Part shown: in pieces, positions 37,156 to 46,182 of the stretch
How positions within the stretch are numbered: position 1 is the first letter of the stretch
How the letters are laid out: each line of letters starts with the position of its first letter
Assembly (NCBI GenBank): GCA_900540205.1
Contig: UQER01000009.1
Span: 132 to 64,131 of the forward strand
Origin: an uncultured Porphyromonadaceae bacterium
Lineage (GTDB): Bacteria; Bacteroidota; Bacteroidia; Bacteroidales; Muribaculaceae
Length of the DNA stretch: 64,000 nucleotides
Reading direction: 5' to 3'
The notes under the pieces: model-generated
Seen by the model: the letters and a program-made list of their open reading frames with translations, nothing else
Told to the model about the DNA's origin: nothing
Database searches by the model: none
Position numbers and translations under genes: made by a program

Positions 37156-39948
37156 TTAAGGAATGAGGAAATGCAGAATGTCGGCCATTAGGCGGTTGCG
37201 CGACTTCTGCGATTCAATTGTCTCGAAGGGGAAACCCATGGCCACGGAGCGGTAGCTCCCTGTGCCTCGGTTGGTGTTGAAAGCGCGGTCGAACGCCACG
37301 CCGGCCGACAGGCCGTTTTCATCGTAGCGCATTATGGTTGATGCGCCTGTGCCGGTGGGGCGGATGGCGTCGGGCGATTCCACCGCATAGCTTTCAGGCG
37401 TGGGTGTTACGGCGAAACTGAACCGCTCCTGCCAGCCGAACGGCTTGAATGGGGAGGGTACCATCGACACCTTGCCGTCGACGGTGCCTTTGCCGAGCTG
37501 CCAGTCAAAGCCCAGGAGGTTGTTGGCGAAATCGCGGTCAAGCTGGCGGGTGGTCTCGTCGGAGTGCGGATTGTCGAGCAGGTCGGTGGCTATGAACGCC
37601 CCGCTGACAAACAATGCGCCACCCTGCATGCAATGTGCCTCAAGCCGCTGCTGCAGCTCACGGGGAAAGCTCTTGAACCGTGTGCCGCGAGAGCCGTTGC
37701 CAGGGGCAATCTCTTTCTGCTTGCCGAGGATGAGGTCAACCACCTTGGGTTTGCCTGCCGCTCCGATAGGATTGAGCGTCGGTTCGGAGGCGAAGGCAGC
37801 CACGCTTTCCGATACGAAACCGTAGCCGGCCGCTTTTATCGACAGTCCGTGGAGATAGGCGAAGTCGCGGGTGTTGCCGGCTGTGATGATTTTTTCAAGA
37901 TTGCCGCGCGAGGCACCGAATCCCGGGGCCTCGTTGCTGATGTACGACGAGGCGGGGCGGAAGTCGTACTGCGAACCGGTGGTGATGATGTCGCATACAT
38001 CGGGCACGCCGCCATCGGCGTTGTAGTTGAATCCCGAGAACTCTGTGGTGCTGAATGTGTCGGGTGCCGAGATGCGGGTGAATCCGTTGACGATGTTGAC
38101 TGCCGTTTTCCCTGCGCCCATGTTGCAGAGTGCGAGCACCTCGGAGGGGAAACTCATGCCGCCGTCGTTGGTGGCCACGATGCGGAACGAATGGATACGG
38201 TTGTCGGTTATGGTGGTTTCATAATGAGGCTCGCTCACCACGGCCACGTCGCGGAACGCTCCGTTGTCGGTGCGCTGCTGCACTATGTAGTTCTTTGAGA
38301 ATGCCGACGGTTCAAGAGGGTCCGGTGTTGGTGTCCACGACAGGGCGTAACGTCCCTGCCCCTTGTCGCGGATAGCGAACGTGGATGGCGGGAGGGGCTG
38401 CACCGTGTAGCGTGTGTTGTAGCGGCGCGCAAGGAAACGGAGCGCCCCTTTGTAGACGGCTCGCGCCACATCGAAGCGGAACGCCGGGTCGAGGGCGAAC
38501 TTCATGTCGTCGAAATTCTGGTGCGAGAGTGTCTCGATAATCATGGCTGGCACTTTGGTTTCGCGTATTTCGTAGTATTTGCGGTCGCGTACTCCGCGTG
38601 AGGTCCAGCCCGGATTATGGAGGGCGCGAACGTCGGCCACCACCTGGTCAATGACGGTCTCCGTGAGGTCGCGTGCGTCAAGGCGCGTGCGTCCGTCGCC
38701 GAGGAGGTTGCCGCTGTCGGTGGAATATATGCCGAGGGTGCCCACCACCGATCCGTCGTCGGTGGTTCCGGCATCGGTGTGAAATGCCAGCGCCATGTCG
38801 ACGGGGATGTTCAGCCCGGCGCTGTCGGGAAGCATCGGCGAACCACCGGCAAGATAATTTACCCACAATGCGCGGCATTTGTAATCGTCGGTATAGTCGT
38901 TTGTCCCGTTACTCTCGGTGTAGACTTTCGGTGGCATGCCGGCCCATTGCAGCCAGTAGCGTGCTCCTTCGGTGAAGCGGGGGCCGCAGGACACTTCGGC
39001 CGGCAGGCTTTCGCGGCCGCAGCTTTTCGGGGCGCGCGCCACATTGCCCATGCCGCCGCCGATTTTCACGGCGTCGGCAGAGACCACGCTGTCATCTTCG
39101 TCCGAGATGTTCGACAGCGTGACGATGGGGCGCGAGGGCTTGCCTTCTGCGAGGTCGAAATGCCCAAGGTAAATCCATGTCCCGCCGCCCATCTGCTGGT
39201 TCACGGTGATTTCGGTCGAGCCGCCGAGATGGTTCACCGTGTAGCGGGCGTCGGTGGCGCTGTTGGGGTAGGACCGGTAGGACACATAAACGGCGTAGCG
39301 GCCGCGTTGTTTTATGTCGGCTGTCCAGTTGGCGGTTGACTGGCGGTCTGTGTCATCGGAATCCACGGTTTCCACCGTTTCAGATGTCCCGCTGGTGAAA
39401 GGGTTCTCACCGTCGGTTATGGTGCCCCCTTTGTGGGCGAAGCCGCCTCCTTGCGAGGTCTCTTTCCAGTGGTGACGTCCGTTGGTCATGTAGAAATCTC
39501 CGCCTTTCCACCCGTCGGTGTCAATAATCAACTCGTAGGTGGACAGGTCGCGTTCGCGCGGCGACATCACATAGGCGCCGGCATTTTCGAGCATCGGAAT
39601 GAGATAGGGGAGCACGAATCCCTGGGCAAGCAGGTCCTCAACGGTGCCGAACAGCCGGGGGCGCTGCCACCGCCATTGGGTCTGCCCCTGGTCATAATAT
39701 TTTCCGTGGCTCTGCCATACGGCGATAACGCGGTTGTCCAGACCTTTTGTAATGGGGGTTGGACGCTCGAATGTGATGAATGGATCCGTTTCCTGCAACG
39801 GGCCGGAAGCGGTGGGCGTTTTCATCACAACGCGTGTAACCTTTGGACGTTTGCGGTGTTTGCGTTTTCGGCGCTTCGCATCGGCGTCGAATGCGGTGCA
39901 TAGCATGACCGCCATAAGTAACAATGCCAATAATTTGTGGAGTTTCAT
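37156..39948 (-). CDS. Large exported protein with an Amidase_3-like (N-acetylmuramoyl-L-alanine amidase) core
   Basis: 930 aa. Signal peptide followed by a basic KRRKRKHRKRPK stretch. DMALAFHTDAG...GTLGIYSTDSG and KVPAMIIETLSHQNFDDMKFALDP resemble Amidase_3 Zn-site motifs (HxD, then E, then H). Confidence 0.5.
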   Translation of the reverse strand: MKLHKLLALLLMAVMLCTAFDADAKRRKRKHRKRPKVTRVVMKTPTASGPLQETDPFITFERPTPITKGLDNRVIAVWQSHGKYYDQGQTQWRWQRPRLFGTVEDLLAQGFVLPYLIPMLENAGAYVMSPRERDLSTYELIIDTDGWKGGDFYMTNGRHHWKETSQGGGFAHKGGTITDGENPFTSGTSETVETVDSDDTDRQSTANWTADIKQRGRYAVYVSYRSYPNSATDARYTVNHLGGSTEITVNQQMGGGTWIYLGHFDLAEGKPSRPIVTLSNISDEDDSVVSADAVKIGGGMGNVARAPKSCGRESLPAEVSCGPRFTEGARYWLQWAGMPPKVYTESNGTNDYTDDYKCRALWVNYLAGGSPMLPDSAGLNIPVDMALAFHTDAGTTDDGSVVGTLGIYSTDSGNLLGDGRTRLDARDLTETVIDQVVADVRALHNPGWTSRGVRDRKYYEIRETKVPAMIIETLSHQNFDDMKFALDPAFRFDVARAVYKGALRFLARRYNTRYTVQPLPPSTFAIRDKGQGRYALSWTPTPDPLEPSAFSKNYIVQQRTDNGAFRDVAVVSEPHYETTITDNRIHSFRIVATNDGGMSFPSEVLALCNMGAGKTAVNIVNGFTRISAPDTFSTTEFSGFNYNADGGVPDVCDIITTGSQYDFRPASSYISNEAPGFGASRGNLEKIITAGNTRDFAYLHGLSIKAAGYGFVSESVAAFASEPTLNPIGAAGKPKVVDLILGKQKEIAPGNGSRGTRFKSFPRELQQRLEAHCMQGGALFVSGAFIATDLLDNPHSDETTRQLDRDFANNLLGFDWQLGKGTVDGKVSMVPSPFKPFGWQERFSFAVTPTPESYAVESPDAIRPTGTGASTIMRYDENGLSAGVAFDRAFNTNRGTGSYRSVAMGFPFETIESQKSRNRLMADILHFLIP

Positions 39949-40010
39949 GTCAAAGTAGTAGGTGTGATAAGAATAATCGTGTTGTAATCAGAGGGGTGTG
40001 GCGGCATCCG

Positions 40011-41189
40011 TCAGCGTTGCAGCCAGGTGTAGTTGCGGCGTGAGGCTCTGCCGCAGGTGAGGCTGTAGCGGAGTGTGCGTATCCAGTGCCAGAGCATGAG
40101 CCAGGGGGCTGTGAACGCATTTAGCCGTATTCCCATGGCGTCGGCGGTCTTGCGCCACGACAACCCCAGAAGCCACCACAATGCAACGGCGAGGAGAAGG
40201 AAAATGCATCCGGGCAGAGCGTTGGGAAGGGAGAAAACTATCCCTGTCACCGTGGCGGCGAGCCATAGCCACAGCATGAACGACGAGAATCCGAAAAGCC
40301 GCGACGATCCTTTAGGGAGGAAGCGGGCGGTGAAGCTGTGGCGCAGGCGCATCTCGTTGAGCTCACGTGAGGGGTTTGAGTAATTCACCTCTACGATGGA
40401 ATCGCCGGTAAGCACAACCGCGCAGTTGTCGGGCGTGACAATCTGCCGGATGAACAGGTCGTCGTCGCCGTGGCGCATGGTGAGCGATTTGGAGAACCCT
40501 TTGGCTTCGAAGAACAGCTCGCGTTTGTAGCCGATGTTATATCCGGTGCCGCGGTAGGGATGTTCAGACAGGGCTGCCGAAAGCCATATGGCTTCGGTCT
40601 GCGCCATGTCAAAGCGGTCTGCGGCATGCTTTAGTCCGGTGATGTGTGCAGTTCCGAGCGATACGCCGAAGCCCTGTGCAAACGGTGTGGCCATCGCCTT
40701 TAGCCATGTGGCCGACGGGATGGTGCATTCGGCAGTGGTGAGTACAACGTATGGATGTGATGCGGCCTTTACGCCGAGCGATATGCCGAGCTTTTTGCGG
40801 CTGAGGTTGCGTGCCTTGTCGGGCACGAACGTTATGTGCAGGTTCTTGTGCGTGTTGGCCAGAAGATTGACCACATCAGTGGTGTCGCTTGTCGAGCCGT
40901 CGTTGATTACGATGACTTCAAATGCCGCAGGATACTCCTGGCCGAGAATCTGCGGGAGGATGCGCGCCAGGCCGCGTGAATTGTCGCGTGAATGCACTAT
41001 CACCGATACCGGAGGATAGGCCGAATCTTCGGGCCGGGCCTGGGATTGCGCGCGGTGGCGGGAAATGAGGTTCAGACGCCCGGCATAGACAGTGAGCAGC
41101 CATGCTATGGCCGCCACGGCAACGCCGGCGCATATCCATACGATTGTGAGCAGATTGGAAAATGAGAAATAGATGTAGCCTATTGACAT
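40011..41189 (-). CDS. Membrane-anchored family 2 glycosyltransferase
   Basis: 392 aa. N-terminal TM, then VSVIVHSRDNSRGL...VIVINDGSTSDTT (GT2 fold), then C-terminal TM helices. Confidence 0.7.
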   Translation of the reverse strand: MSIGYIYFSFSNLLTIVWICAGVAVAAIAWLLTVYAGRLNLISRHRAQSQARPEDSAYPPVSVIVHSRDNSRGLARILPQILGQEYPAAFEVIVINDGSTSDTTDVVNLLANTHKNLHITFVPDKARNLSRKKLGISLGVKAASHPYVVLTTAECTIPSATWLKAMATPFAQGFGVSLGTAHITGLKHAADRFDMAQTEAIWLSAALSEHPYRGTGYNIGYKRELFFEAKGFSKSLTMRHGDDDLFIRQIVTPDNCAVVLTGDSIVEVNYSNPSRELNEMRLRHSFTARFLPKGSSRLFGFSSFMLWLWLAATVTGIVFSLPNALPGCIFLLLAVALWWLLGLSWRKTADAMGIRLNAFTAPWLMLWHWIRTLRYSLTCGRASRRNYTWLQR

Positions 41190-41388
41190 TGTGGAACTAG
41201 GATGGTCTGTGGTGACTATGCGTAATTACACCTTTAGGCTGACATACATCCATAGCCTGACCGGTAAATGTCTGTGCTGACAGCCTGAAGAAGAAATGTA
41301 GTGGAGAAAAAGCAGGGATGTACATACAAAATTACGCGTTTCTGTTCTATCTGCCAAGAAAATCTCAGTAACTTTGTGGCCAAACTCA

Positions 41389-41569
41389 GAAGTCATTTAA
41401 ACTTTTTCTTAAATGGCTCCATGAGATTTCTTCTTCAAGAATTCGGCCTGTTATTGGCTGCGTTTAACCTTATTTTCGGTCACGATGCCCGCATCGCTCC
41501 CTCAAATTCGGTTAAAATCCGCTCAAAAACAGTCTCAAATTCTTTTCGAAGAAAAAGTTTAAATGACTT
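41389..41569. repeat. Perfect 22-bp inverted repeat pair GAAGTCATTTAAACTTTTTCTT (41389-41410 and 41548-41569) enclosing ~137 bp. The right arm overlaps the folB start codon.
   Basis: Read directly: agtcatttaaactttttctt ... aagaaaaagtttaaatgacttc. Any folB mRNA beginning upstream of 41389 could sequester the start codon in a 22-bp stem. Confidence 0.55.
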
Positions 41570-42012
41570 CATTGCTCGAAATGACTTTTACCATCGAACT
41601 TGAGAAAATGCGCTTTTATGCCCGTCACGGAGTGTTTCCGCAGGAACGAGCAGTGGGAAACTGGTTTGAGGTTTCGGTAAGCCTGACATATGAGACTGAC
41701 GCCGAAACGGAGCCGGACGACAATCTTGCCGGCACGATAAATTACGCCCGCGTGGCCGAAATAGTGACGCATGAGATGTCCATCCCCTCGCAACTGCTCG
41801 AGACTGTGGCTCTGCGCATCCGCCGTGCCCTCCTTGATGCATTTGCCGCATCAGCTTCTGCCGTTTCTTCCGCTTCAGGCGCCTCAACCGCCGTTACTAA
41901 CGACGCTACCGACGCATCGCCTATAATCACCTCCGGCTCAATACGCGTAGCCAAAATAACCCCGCCCCTTGGCCTCCCCCTCGCCTCTGCCTCCGCCACC
42001 CTCCGGTGGTAA
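41563..42012 (+). CDS. folB: Dihydroneopterin aldolase with an Ala/Ser-rich C-terminal tail
   Basis: FTIELEKMRFYARHGVFPQERAVGNWFEVSVSL resembles the FolB N-terminal motif. There is a low-complexity tail of about 40 aa. Confidence 0.65.
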   Translation: MTSLLEMTFTIELEKMRFYARHGVFPQERAVGNWFEVSVSLTYETDAETEPDDNLAGTINYARVAEIVTHEMSIPSQLLETVALRIRRALLDAFAASASAVSSASGASTAVTNDATDASPIITSGSIRVAKITPPLGLPLASASATLRW

Positions 42013-42159
42013 ATTGCACTCCACTTTTCTGGACTTGTTCTCATGCTTTCGCTCTCGCAGTGTGAGATTCCCAATAATTCTCAATAACAATTACGAGGAC
42101 TATGTCCCAAATCTCGCCGATTTGTATTATATTTGCGATATTCACTTAAATAAATTCTT

Positions 42160-42885
42160 ATGAGACATCTGTGTGCAATTCTTGCAAGTATGCTTGCATT
42201 ATCACTGGCTTTCGCTGCTTCTGCTAAAGATAAAAAGAAGGATGTAGAAAAAGACGACGATGGCAAGGAAATTATCGCCAAGGTATGGTTCAAGGATGGA
42301 AGTGTCTACAGTGGGCCACTCGTGAAACACTGGCATACGAGACGCCAGAATTTCCTTGACCAGGGACACAATTTCCATACGGTCAACCCTGACGGAAGTG
42401 ACAAATCCATAAAGCATGAAGCTAAGGAAACAGACTCAATCCAGATCATATCAAGCACACATGAAGCCTTCAAAGCCGGCGATTTCTACATGGCTTACAA
42501 TGGAGAAGGACGTTATGCCCTCCACAAGATGCTGCTCAGAGCCAATCAGGGTCGCCATGCCGATATGTTTACGTTGCTGCACTGGGATGTTGGTGGCACC
42601 AAGTATCAAATTCAACTTATGAATACATGGTATATGCTTTTCCATGACGATCCTTCAAAAATATATTTATTTTATGACGTGGCCTTGCAGCCTGGGCAGC
42701 GTAAAACAAAGGTATACCTCAAGAATTTAACTAAATCATTGGAAAAAAACGGAAGGAAAGAACTGGCTGATGCCATAACTCAACAATTTTGTCCTGATAA
42801 AAAAACTACAAAGGAGAGTGAGGCCAAAATTAAGGAGAACCCATCCATATTACTTGATTTTATCGACGAGTATTTAAGTAAGTAG
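42160..42885 (+). CDS. Hypothetical secreted Lys-rich protein in an AT-rich patch
   Basis: 241 aa. Signal MRHLCAILASMLALSLAFAASA. Local GC is roughly 40 % against ~60 % for the window. No family is recognised. Confidence 0.5.
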   Translation: MRHLCAILASMLALSLAFAASAKDKKKDVEKDDDGKEIIAKVWFKDGSVYSGPLVKHWHTRRQNFLDQGHNFHTVNPDGSDKSIKHEAKETDSIQIISSTHEAFKAGDFYMAYNGEGRYALHKMLLRANQGRHADMFTLLHWDVGGTKYQIQLMNTWYMLFHDDPSKIYLFYDVALQPGQRKTKVYLKNLTKSLEKNGRKELADAITQQFCPDKKTTKESEAKIKENPSILLDFIDEYLSK

Positions 42886-42924
42886 GTGATGAGGATTAGC
42901 CGCACCGGGAGTGGAGGTTTTTGA

Positions 42925-43170
42925 GTGATTTATGATGTAATATTGCATAAAGGTATGATCAGTAATAGAGTGAAACGGAATGTGTGGCTGGCGCTGGCCG
43001 TGATGTCGGTAGGAGTGGTGATCGACAGGGCCATCCGTGTGGCTGAAGGAACCGTGGAATGGTGGAATCTCGTTTCGGCAATTGTGATAACTGCGTTCTG
43101 TGTCAAGTTTTATCTCTGCTGCCGCAGGGAAGTGAAAAACGGCAACCTGTTCGGACGTTCCGGCAAATGA
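42925..43170 (+). CDS. Hypothetical small two-TM membrane protein
   Basis: 81 aa, AT-rich, with two hydrophobic segments. Support is weak. Confidence 0.3.
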   Translation: MIYDVILHKGMISNRVKRNVWLALAVMSVGVVIDRAIRVAEGTVEWWNLVSAIVITAFCVKFYLCCRREVKNGNLFGRSGK

Positions 43171-43273
43171 TAATTTAAACAATATATTTTAGAGGTATTT
43201 TTAAGATATTGGGCGGTTCTGATTGTTAATCATCGCAGACTGAAAGATATCTGCGATATAACGGTGTATTTAT

Positions 43274-43804
43274 ATGGAAGAACTCAGGATAGATGTGACA
43301 TTGCAGACTGCAGAGGAGTTGGCGTTGGCCAATGAGCAGGCGCAACTCGTTTTCAGGTTCAATCACACCATGCCGGGTACCGACGAGTACCAGCAATTGA
43401 TGCACGCCATTTTCCCTGCGATGGGTGAAGGCAGCAGGGTGAGTGCTCCGTTGTCTGGTGTGCGGTTTCATAATGTCAGTATAGGGCGCAACGTAATTGT
43501 GATGCCCGGATGCCTGATGATGTCGGCCGGTGGAATCACTATAGAGGACGGTGCGATGATAGCCGCCAATGTGCAGCTGATAAGCAACAATCATGACCTG
43601 TATGAACGTCAGGTGATAACATGCCGCCATGTCCGCATCGGCAAAAATGCATGGATTGGAGCGGGGGCGACAATTCTGCCCGGAGTCACTATCGGTGACA
43701 ATGCCGTGGTAGGAGCGGCCAGTGTGGTGACCAGGGATGTGGCGCCTGACACGATCGTTGCCGGCAATCCCGCCCGCGTCATAAAACACATCCCACCCCG
43801 ATAA
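43274..43804 (+). CDS. Hexapeptide-repeat sugar O-acetyltransferase (maltose/galactoside O-acetyltransferase-like)
   Basis: 176 aa with LbH repeats (IGKNAWIGAGATILPGVTIGDNAVVGAASVV). Confidence 0.75.
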   Translation: MEELRIDVTLQTAEELALANEQAQLVFRFNHTMPGTDEYQQLMHAIFPAMGEGSRVSAPLSGVRFHNVSIGRNVIVMPGCLMMSAGGITIEDGAMIAANVQLISNNHDLYERQVITCRHVRIGKNAWIGAGATILPGVTIGDNAVVGAASVVTRDVAPDTIVAGNPARVIKHIPPR

Positions 43805-44002
43805 ATACTTTCAGGAGCACGTGGCTTGAATTTTGAGATAAAATAGTCAAATGATTCAATTTATTTTGCAGATTCTTAAAGAGTAAGTATTTTTGCATTA
43901 CTTAAAAGCGTCACATGTGACAAGAAATAGTAATAAGATGATTGTAAACCGCCCTATATATCTGCAAAAACTGATTGAATCGCGTCATAACCACATGATT
44001 AA

Positions 44003-44509
44003 GGTAATCTTGAATATATTTGCGATGCTTTCCTGGCTGAAAGAGTGTTCCGATATGATGTGAAAGGGAGAGAGTATTTTGACACACCCTATAAATATTA
44101 CTTTGTGGATTTAGGACTGAGAAATGCAAGATTGAATTTCAGGCAGTCAGAACCGACCCATGCAATGGAAAACGTGATTTATAACGAGTTGCGGGTTCGT
44201 GGATATAATGTAGACGTAGGAGTTGTGCCGGTGGTGCGGCGTGATTCGGAAGGACGACAGAGCAGAAGCCAGTTGGAGATTGATTTCGTATGTAATCTCG
44301 GAAGCAAAAGATATTATATTCAGTCTGCATACCGTATGGTTGATGAGGCGAAAATTGAGCAAGAGGAAGCTTCATTGCGCAGGGTGGATGATTCGTTTAA
44401 AAAAATCATTATAGTCGGTGCAGATATTCTTGTACGGAGGAGTGACGCCGGCATTACGACAATGGGGATTTATGATTTTCTGTTGAATCCGGATTCGTTG
44501 GATTTATGA
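44003..44509 (+). pseudogene. C-terminal DUF4143 fragment of an AAA_14-family ATPase; the N-terminal ATPase domain is missing
   Basis: The open frame starts right after a TAA at 44000. ...LEYICDAFLAERVFRYDVKGREYF...QLEIDFVCN matches the DUF4143 C-terminal module. There is no P-loop region and no room for one because the acetyltransferase ends at 43804. Confidence 0.5.
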
Positions 44510-44648
44510 GAAATTACAGACAAGATGGTTGTTCGAGTCACGCTTCCAAATAAAACAACTCCCCCGGCTAAAACAGATTCTCTAATTCGAGAGTTTTCAC
44601 TAAATTTGCAATTACTCCGTCGGCATGCCCGTCGGCAATGATGGACCA

Positions 44649-46160
44649 ATGGCAAGGAACTCACTCAATATAGGCACTGAACTGAAACAGCAGCAACGGC
44701 TTACGCCGCTGCAGGTGCAGTTTGTGCGCATGCTTGAGATGAGCGCTCCCGAGATGGAGGATGAAGTGCGCCGTGCTCTTGATGAGATGCCTGCACTTGA
44801 GGCGGTGGACAATCAGGACACGGACACCAAGGCCACCCAGACCACCGAGGACGGACAGTTGTTCACCGAATCGGACCGCGACATGCAGCGTGCCGATTTC
44901 CGCACTGACGATGACGTGCCCGATTATCTGGACAATCAGGAGCGGCATGTGGAGGCGCCGGCATTGCCGGGTGAGCGCTTCGAACCACGGATTACGCGTG
45001 CCTCCTATGACCCCGACAGATATGTGGAGCCGGTGGTTACGAATAGCGACGAGACACTGTTTGAATCGCTTGACCGTCAGGTCTCCGAACTGCATCTCAC
45101 CGCCGATGAACTTGCCATTGCCCGTTACATCATAGGCTCGATTGACGAAAACGGCTATCTCACGCGCCCCATGCAGGCGTTGCTCGACGATCTGGCCATA
45201 AACGAGGGGATTGACACCGACATGGCCACCTTGGAACGTATGCGCCGTGTGGTGCGCAGTCTCGACCCTCCCGGCGTCGGCGCCGTGGATTTGCGCGACT
45301 GTCTGTTGCTCCAGTTGCGCCGTATGCAGCGTTCCACCCGTTCGCTCACTGCGGCGGAGGTGGTGGCCGATTATTTCGACCTGTTCTCCAAGCGACATTT
45401 CGACCGCATCGCGTCGGCTATGGACATTACCCGTCCGCAGCTCGACGATGCCATTGAACTTATCTCACGGCTCAATCCCAAACCGGGGAGCGCATTTCCG
45501 ACAGGAGCCATTGATGACAGGAGCCGTCAGATTACACCCGACTTTCTGGTTGAGGCCGCACCCGACGGGAGCCTGACGCTTACGTCGCTCAGCCACATTC
45601 CCGAGCTGCGCGTGGAGCGCACGTTCGAATCGGATGCCACGGTGCCCGAGGGGAGCGACAAGCGTCTGGAGGACGCCCGCATATTCCTGCGCACCAAGCG
45701 CGACGATGCGCGGAACTTTATCCGCGTGGTCACACAGCGGCAGGAGACCCTTTTCCGTGTGATGAGTGCCATTGTGAAACTGCAGCACGATTTCTTTGTC
45801 AGCGAGGATGACGAGGATATCCGCCCTATGGTGTTGCGCGACATTGCCGAGCTGACCGGCTACAACCTTTCGGTGATTTCACGTGCCACCCAGGGCAAGT
45901 ATGTGGCCACACTCCACGGAGTTTATCCGCTTAAAAAGTTTTTCAACGAGAAGGTGAAGGCCGACAACGACACCATCACCTCCAACCGCATAATTTCAGC
46001 AATCAAAAAGGCGATAGAATCGGAAGACCCGTCAAAACCGCTGAGCGACCGCGAGATAACGGCACGCCTTGCCGCCGGAGGCTACGACATAGCCCGGCGC
46101 ACTGTAGCCAAGTACCGGGAGAATCTCGGTTTCCCGGTGGCGCGTCTGCGCAAAAAATGA
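44649..46160 (+). CDS. rpoN: RNA polymerase sigma-54 factor
   Basis: The start is taken at MARNSLNIGTELKQQQRLTPLQVQFVRMLEM. The C-terminal RpoN box is ARRTVAKYRENLGFPVARLRKK. Confidence 0.85.
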   Translation: MARNSLNIGTELKQQQRLTPLQVQFVRMLEMSAPEMEDEVRRALDEMPALEAVDNQDTDTKATQTTEDGQLFTESDRDMQRADFRTDDDVPDYLDNQERHVEAPALPGERFEPRITRASYDPDRYVEPVVTNSDETLFESLDRQVSELHLTADELAIARYIIGSIDENGYLTRPMQALLDDLAINEGIDTDMATLERMRRVVRSLDPPGVGAVDLRDCLLLQLRRMQRSTRSLTAAEVVADYFDLFSKRHFDRIASAMDITRPQLDDAIELISRLNPKPGSAFPTGAIDDRSRQITPDFLVEAAPDGSLTLTSLSHIPELRVERTFESDATVPEGSDKRLEDARIFLRTKRDDARNFIRVVTQRQETLFRVMSAIVKLQHDFFVSEDDEDIRPMVLRDIAELTGYNLSVISRATQGKYVATLHGVYPLKKFFNEKVKADNDTITSNRIISAIKKAIESEDPSKPLSDREITARLAAGGYDIARRTVAKYRENLGFPVARLRKK

Positions 46161-46182
46161 TGAATGTTCCGAACGAAGTCTT

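Noticed and set aside
37564-39339. Plus-strand ORFs of 244 and 240 aa
   Set aside because: They are antisense to the 930-aa amidase-like gene.
41301-41603. A 100-aa plus-strand ORF in the GT2/folB intergenic region
   Set aside because: It is AT-rich and spans a promoter-like region. It merely reads through the inverted-repeat arms into folB and has no coding features.
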